Of a DNA stretch of 64,000 bases, positions 60,095 to 64,000 are shown one piece after another. Position 1 is the first letter of the stretch, and each line of letters begins with the position of its first letter. The notes beneath the pieces were generated by a model, which did not search any database, was not told the DNA's origin, and saw only the letters and a program-made list of their open reading frames with translations. The stretch covers positions 71,674,001 through 71,738,000 of the forward strand of contig NC_087436.1 in NCBI RefSeq assembly GCF_036321535.1, in the 5' to 3' direction. Both the position numbers and the translations under genes were made by a program. Origin of the DNA: Camelus dromedarius (taxonomy: Eukaryota).

Positions 60095-61648
60095 AATAAT
60101 GTAGTAATGTAAAATTTGCTGTATTTGATGACTGCATTGTAGTTGTGGAAGAGAATGTTCTTATTCTTCCAAAATATTATAATTTGGGAGTATTTAGGGG
60201 AAATCAGCTGGGTATCTGTAACTAACTCTGGTTCAGGATAAAAAACCCTATACACAGACTATACTACACACACACTCACTCACTCACACACAGGGATAGT
60301 GGTGGGGAAAGGGAGGAATGTGGCAACATATTAACTGGTGAATCCAAAAAATATACAAGAGTTCTTTGTGCTATTCTTAAAAGACTTTAGAGAGATAGCC
60401 AACACAACATGTTTACCTTAAGTAGTTCATGGTTCAGAAGGGAAAAAAAAAATCTATAAAAAGTGTTTTAGGACAACCGGGGATACATGACTAGAGACTG
60501 CATTATCAGAGGATATTACTGAATTCATGTTAATATATTAGATATTTAATGATGGTATTGTAGATGTGTAAGAAAATGGTGTTACGTTTAAGCGATGCAA
60601 AATGAAGTTTTTAGATCTGAACTGTCATTTCTGAACCTTACTTTCAAACAGTTCAACAACAAAAAGCAAACAGAAATAAAAGAAAATGGAGTAAAACGTT
60701 TAAAAAATGGTAATTTTAAGTGAAAGGAATATGGATACTTAATGAACTATTCTTTCAACTTTTCTGTAAGTTTGAAATTTTTGGAAACTGTCTAAAACAA
60801 GGTTGTTGGAATGTACCAAAGAAAGCAATGTTAATGGCCTCAATTGCATTCTGTATTAATTAGCAATGTATTACAAAACCTAACCTGTATTGGCTGCATT
60901 GTTAGAAAAACCACAATGCTTTTTCAACAAAAAAATCTAATGAAAATAAAACAAAACCAAAACCAAAGAAATCCCCCAAACCCATGCACCAAACCCCATG
61001 GGCATACGCAACCTATGATACTTTGTGAATTTCATTCAAGAATTTCAAATTATGTATTTCCTAAAGTAATAAAAATTCATATCAATAAATATGTTTTTAT
61101 TATTTAAAAATATTCTCTGCTTCTGAGAATCCATTCTATTTTAGAGATTACCAAAAACTTTCAGGGAACATATTTCAATAGCAATCATGTTAAAATTTTA
61201 ACACTTTTTCTCCCAATTCCTATTTTTTTATGAACATGAAAACCAAAAACTATCCTTATTTTTATATGTAAATAGGTGAATATGAATCACCTATATACAG
61301 GCATTTTAAGGAAGATGTTTATTCCTGTGATGGTTTAGTTTCAGCACAACATACTCAGAAGACACTGATACAGATCTGTTATGTATTTACAGATAAAAAT
61401 TAATTTTAAGAGGAGTCTAAGAAAAAAACTAAGCAGGTAAAATCATTCAAAATTTATAATGTGTTTCAGACTTTTTAATCACTGGCTATTTATAAGATGT
61501 TTACTTCTCTATTCCCAGTTCTTTAGTACATTTCTAAAACTATTAGAAAACAGGACTAATACTTACTGTCATTATCATCATCCTCATTATCATCAAAAAG
61601 AAAAAAAACCACCAGTGATAACAGATAACATATATTGTTCTATTTCAC

Positions 61649-61795
61649 TTTTTTTTTTTTTTTTTAATATTTATGGCCTGGTCTTTTTATTCAGGTGTTT
61701 TTTTGTTTGCTTTTAATGGAGGTACTGGGGATTGAACCCAGGACCTCATGCATGCTAACTAAGCAAGCACTCTACCACTGAGCTATACCCACCCT
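61649..61795 (-). mobile_element. tRNA-derived SINE (Vic-1-like), ANKRD17 intron
   Basis: ggaggtactggggattgaacccaggacctc...gagctataccc is the reverse complement of the SINE; TSD unclear. Confidence 0.88.
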
Positions 61796-63969
61796 GCCCC
61801 ATTTACTCCTCAGACTAATCCAGTGTGGTAAATATTAACAGATAGAAAAAACTGAGGTTCACTGAAATGACTTGTCTAAGATCACCTGTTTATATTAGGA
61901 TTTTGCTGACAAAGGCAGTTTTGGGGATAAATTAACTTGAAAAGTGCCTAAATTCAATAAATTAACTGTTGTTATTTAATATATGGTTATTAGTTATATT
62001 ACAAAAAGGGTTCACTGGTAATTCTCAATGTTTTACTTTTCTTTTAGTTTTTTTCCTTAATTGAAACTTGACCTAAAATCTCTTCAAATCATAGCCCTAA
62101 AGGGAGAGAACCCTAGATTAGGATAAAGTACCAATTTTTAATGCAGAGTGAATTACCTTCCACTCAATATATACCTGTCAATCTTCCTTATAAACCAAAT
62201 AAATAAAACAAATATCCATATTCCCCTAGTATATAGAAATTTGTGTTGTACTGAAATACAGCTTTAAATAACTGAGGCTATAGTTCTTATAATAAGCCAT
62301 AGTTAAGACTAAAATGTCATAATCAGTTACTCCTTAGAGTTATATTTAAGAATTCTATTTAATGGCTTATGTTTAGATAAACCAGGCTAAGTGCCAATGT
62401 AATACTGTATTCATTTTATTTCAATTAACCATGATTCCTAAGAAATTTTTTATTTTAAAATTTGAAAGAAATTTTTATTGTTTAAAAAAATTTTTTAATT
62501 TAAGTATAGTTGATTTACAATATTTTTTAAAATTTTTTATCTCAATGAAAAAAAGAGAGGGAATAAATCTACAACATATAAAATTAGAAAATTATTAAAT
62601 TTCCACTTAAAGTTCCTTGAGAAAGGGCCTTTTTTCTTATTCAAACTCTGCATCTCCACCAGAGCACTTCAATAAAAATTAATTCAACAGATACATAAAT
62701 CAGTCACTACTCTTTTATCCACTTTCTATCTTTCAGAAATATACTATTTTCTCTTGGGCCCTTTCATCTTCTTATATTTGTGTGATTATCATACTCTTAT
62801 TGCTTTGCTCAAAGTTTAATGAAACATCTAGAAGGAAAGGAGATAAACATGAATGCTTGGTTTGCCATCTTGAATTGTAAGTCCGTACAGTGTTATGTCA
62901 CTAAGAAATTTTCCTAAGCTTTTTCAAATATAGGTAAAGTATTCTGAATGAGAACTGCTATAAACTTTTTTTCTTCTTATATTGGTACATTATTTTCATA
63001 CTTCTTATATTATTTCTGGTATGTTTTTATCATAGTCATTTTGAATTCTCTCTTAAGCCATTTCTTTTCATTTAGGGACATCTGTACAAGGATAATTAAC
63101 ATTCTATTACTGTCCTCGTTATTTGACAAACACAAGAAGAACTATACAGCATGTTAATTCACTATAGACCACACCTTACTTCATGCTTTCACTGGCAATG
63201 CACTTTGATTTGTATCTCTCAAATACTTTTTTTTCATTCTTTCATTCAGTTTACCAGGCTCCATTAAGTGGGATCTAACATTGTTAATTAGAAGAAATTT
63301 GGTAGTTAAAAAAATGGATTCTTATTCTTATGAAAATTTCCTCAAGGAGAAAGAAATTTGATGTCTTTATCCCCACTAAATAAATAAATAACCACAAATA
63401 CAAAAACCCAATAGTCTTATTATAGAATTCTTTTAGTATGAGTTGAATCCCTTACTGATAACTTAATTTGAAATTCCCTACTGATCTTCCTTAGTTTAAA
63501 AATCTAATCACTGCTTCAAAGCCTGACTACAGTTAAAAATACAGATCTGATAATGCAAAATCGGTTATACTATTTATATGATGTATGAAATTTAAAGGTA
63601 GACAAAAGGTACATGATATTTATACTACTTTTAAGGCTAGAATCTTTCTTCTTGGTAGTTATACTCTCAAAACTAAAACTAACTGTAAATCAATAGGTGG
63701 CACAACAAAATTTTTTATTTTCAGAAAAGGATCCCTCTTAGAAATAAACTTCAATATAATGTTCTAGGTTTTATAGAACTGAGGCTGATTCCAGTAATTT
63801 AAAAACCTAAAAATTCTATTTAAATTTCTCCTGATTTCAGATTGTCATTAATACAAATTACATTTTTATAGTATTTAAATTATGATAAGATTTAAACTTA
63901 AAAACTCCAAGCTTTGAAAAACTTAAAACCTTCAACTCTTCCTCTGGAATTACAGTGTCTATTACTCAC

Positions 63970-64000
63970 CATTTGATGCTGATGAACATGGAGTCAACAA
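63970..64000 (-). CDS. ANKRD17: ANKRD17 coding exon, partial (3' end only)
   Basis: Encodes LLTPCSSASN plus one G, then donor G|GTGAGT; phase 1 joins the exon starting at 53546 (G+AT = Asp). Confidence 0.85.

Noticed and set aside
1..64000. Prokaryote-type systems (CRISPR arrays, operons, defence islands) or intact ERV/L1 coding regions
   Set aside because: The sequence is spliced mammalian DNA; there are no repeat-spacer arrays, the LTRs are solo, and all L1 ORF2 pieces are truncated and frameshifted.

Overview
Mammalian nuclear DNA, most likely a camelid (alpaca/camel), judged from six copies of a tRNA-derived SINE matching the camelid Vic-1 type. Both genes lie on the minus strand. The first is the 3' end of ANKRD17: the last five coding exons (one partial at the window edge) and a long 3' UTR. 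About 4 kb further on is the complete six-exon COX18 gene (OXA1/YidC-family mitochondrial insertase, 336/337 aa) with a CpG-island promoter. Positions 1-35 kb are gene-free and full of L1, L2, CR1, MIR, solo LTRs (some nested) and DNA-transposon relics, plus a near-consensus CTCF site. The most unusual structure is a ~190-bp, ~88-90% identical inverted copy of the COX18 3' UTR inserted into a MIR in intron 5. The two arms bracket the last coding exon, so the pre-mRNA could fold into a long duplex. The insertion junction also carries a candidate intronic poly(A) site and a candidate alternative terminal exon. Apart from the fragments overlapping these exons, the ORF-track entries look spurious or repeat-derived. 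Repeat subfamily names come from recall of consensus sequences, not from a search.
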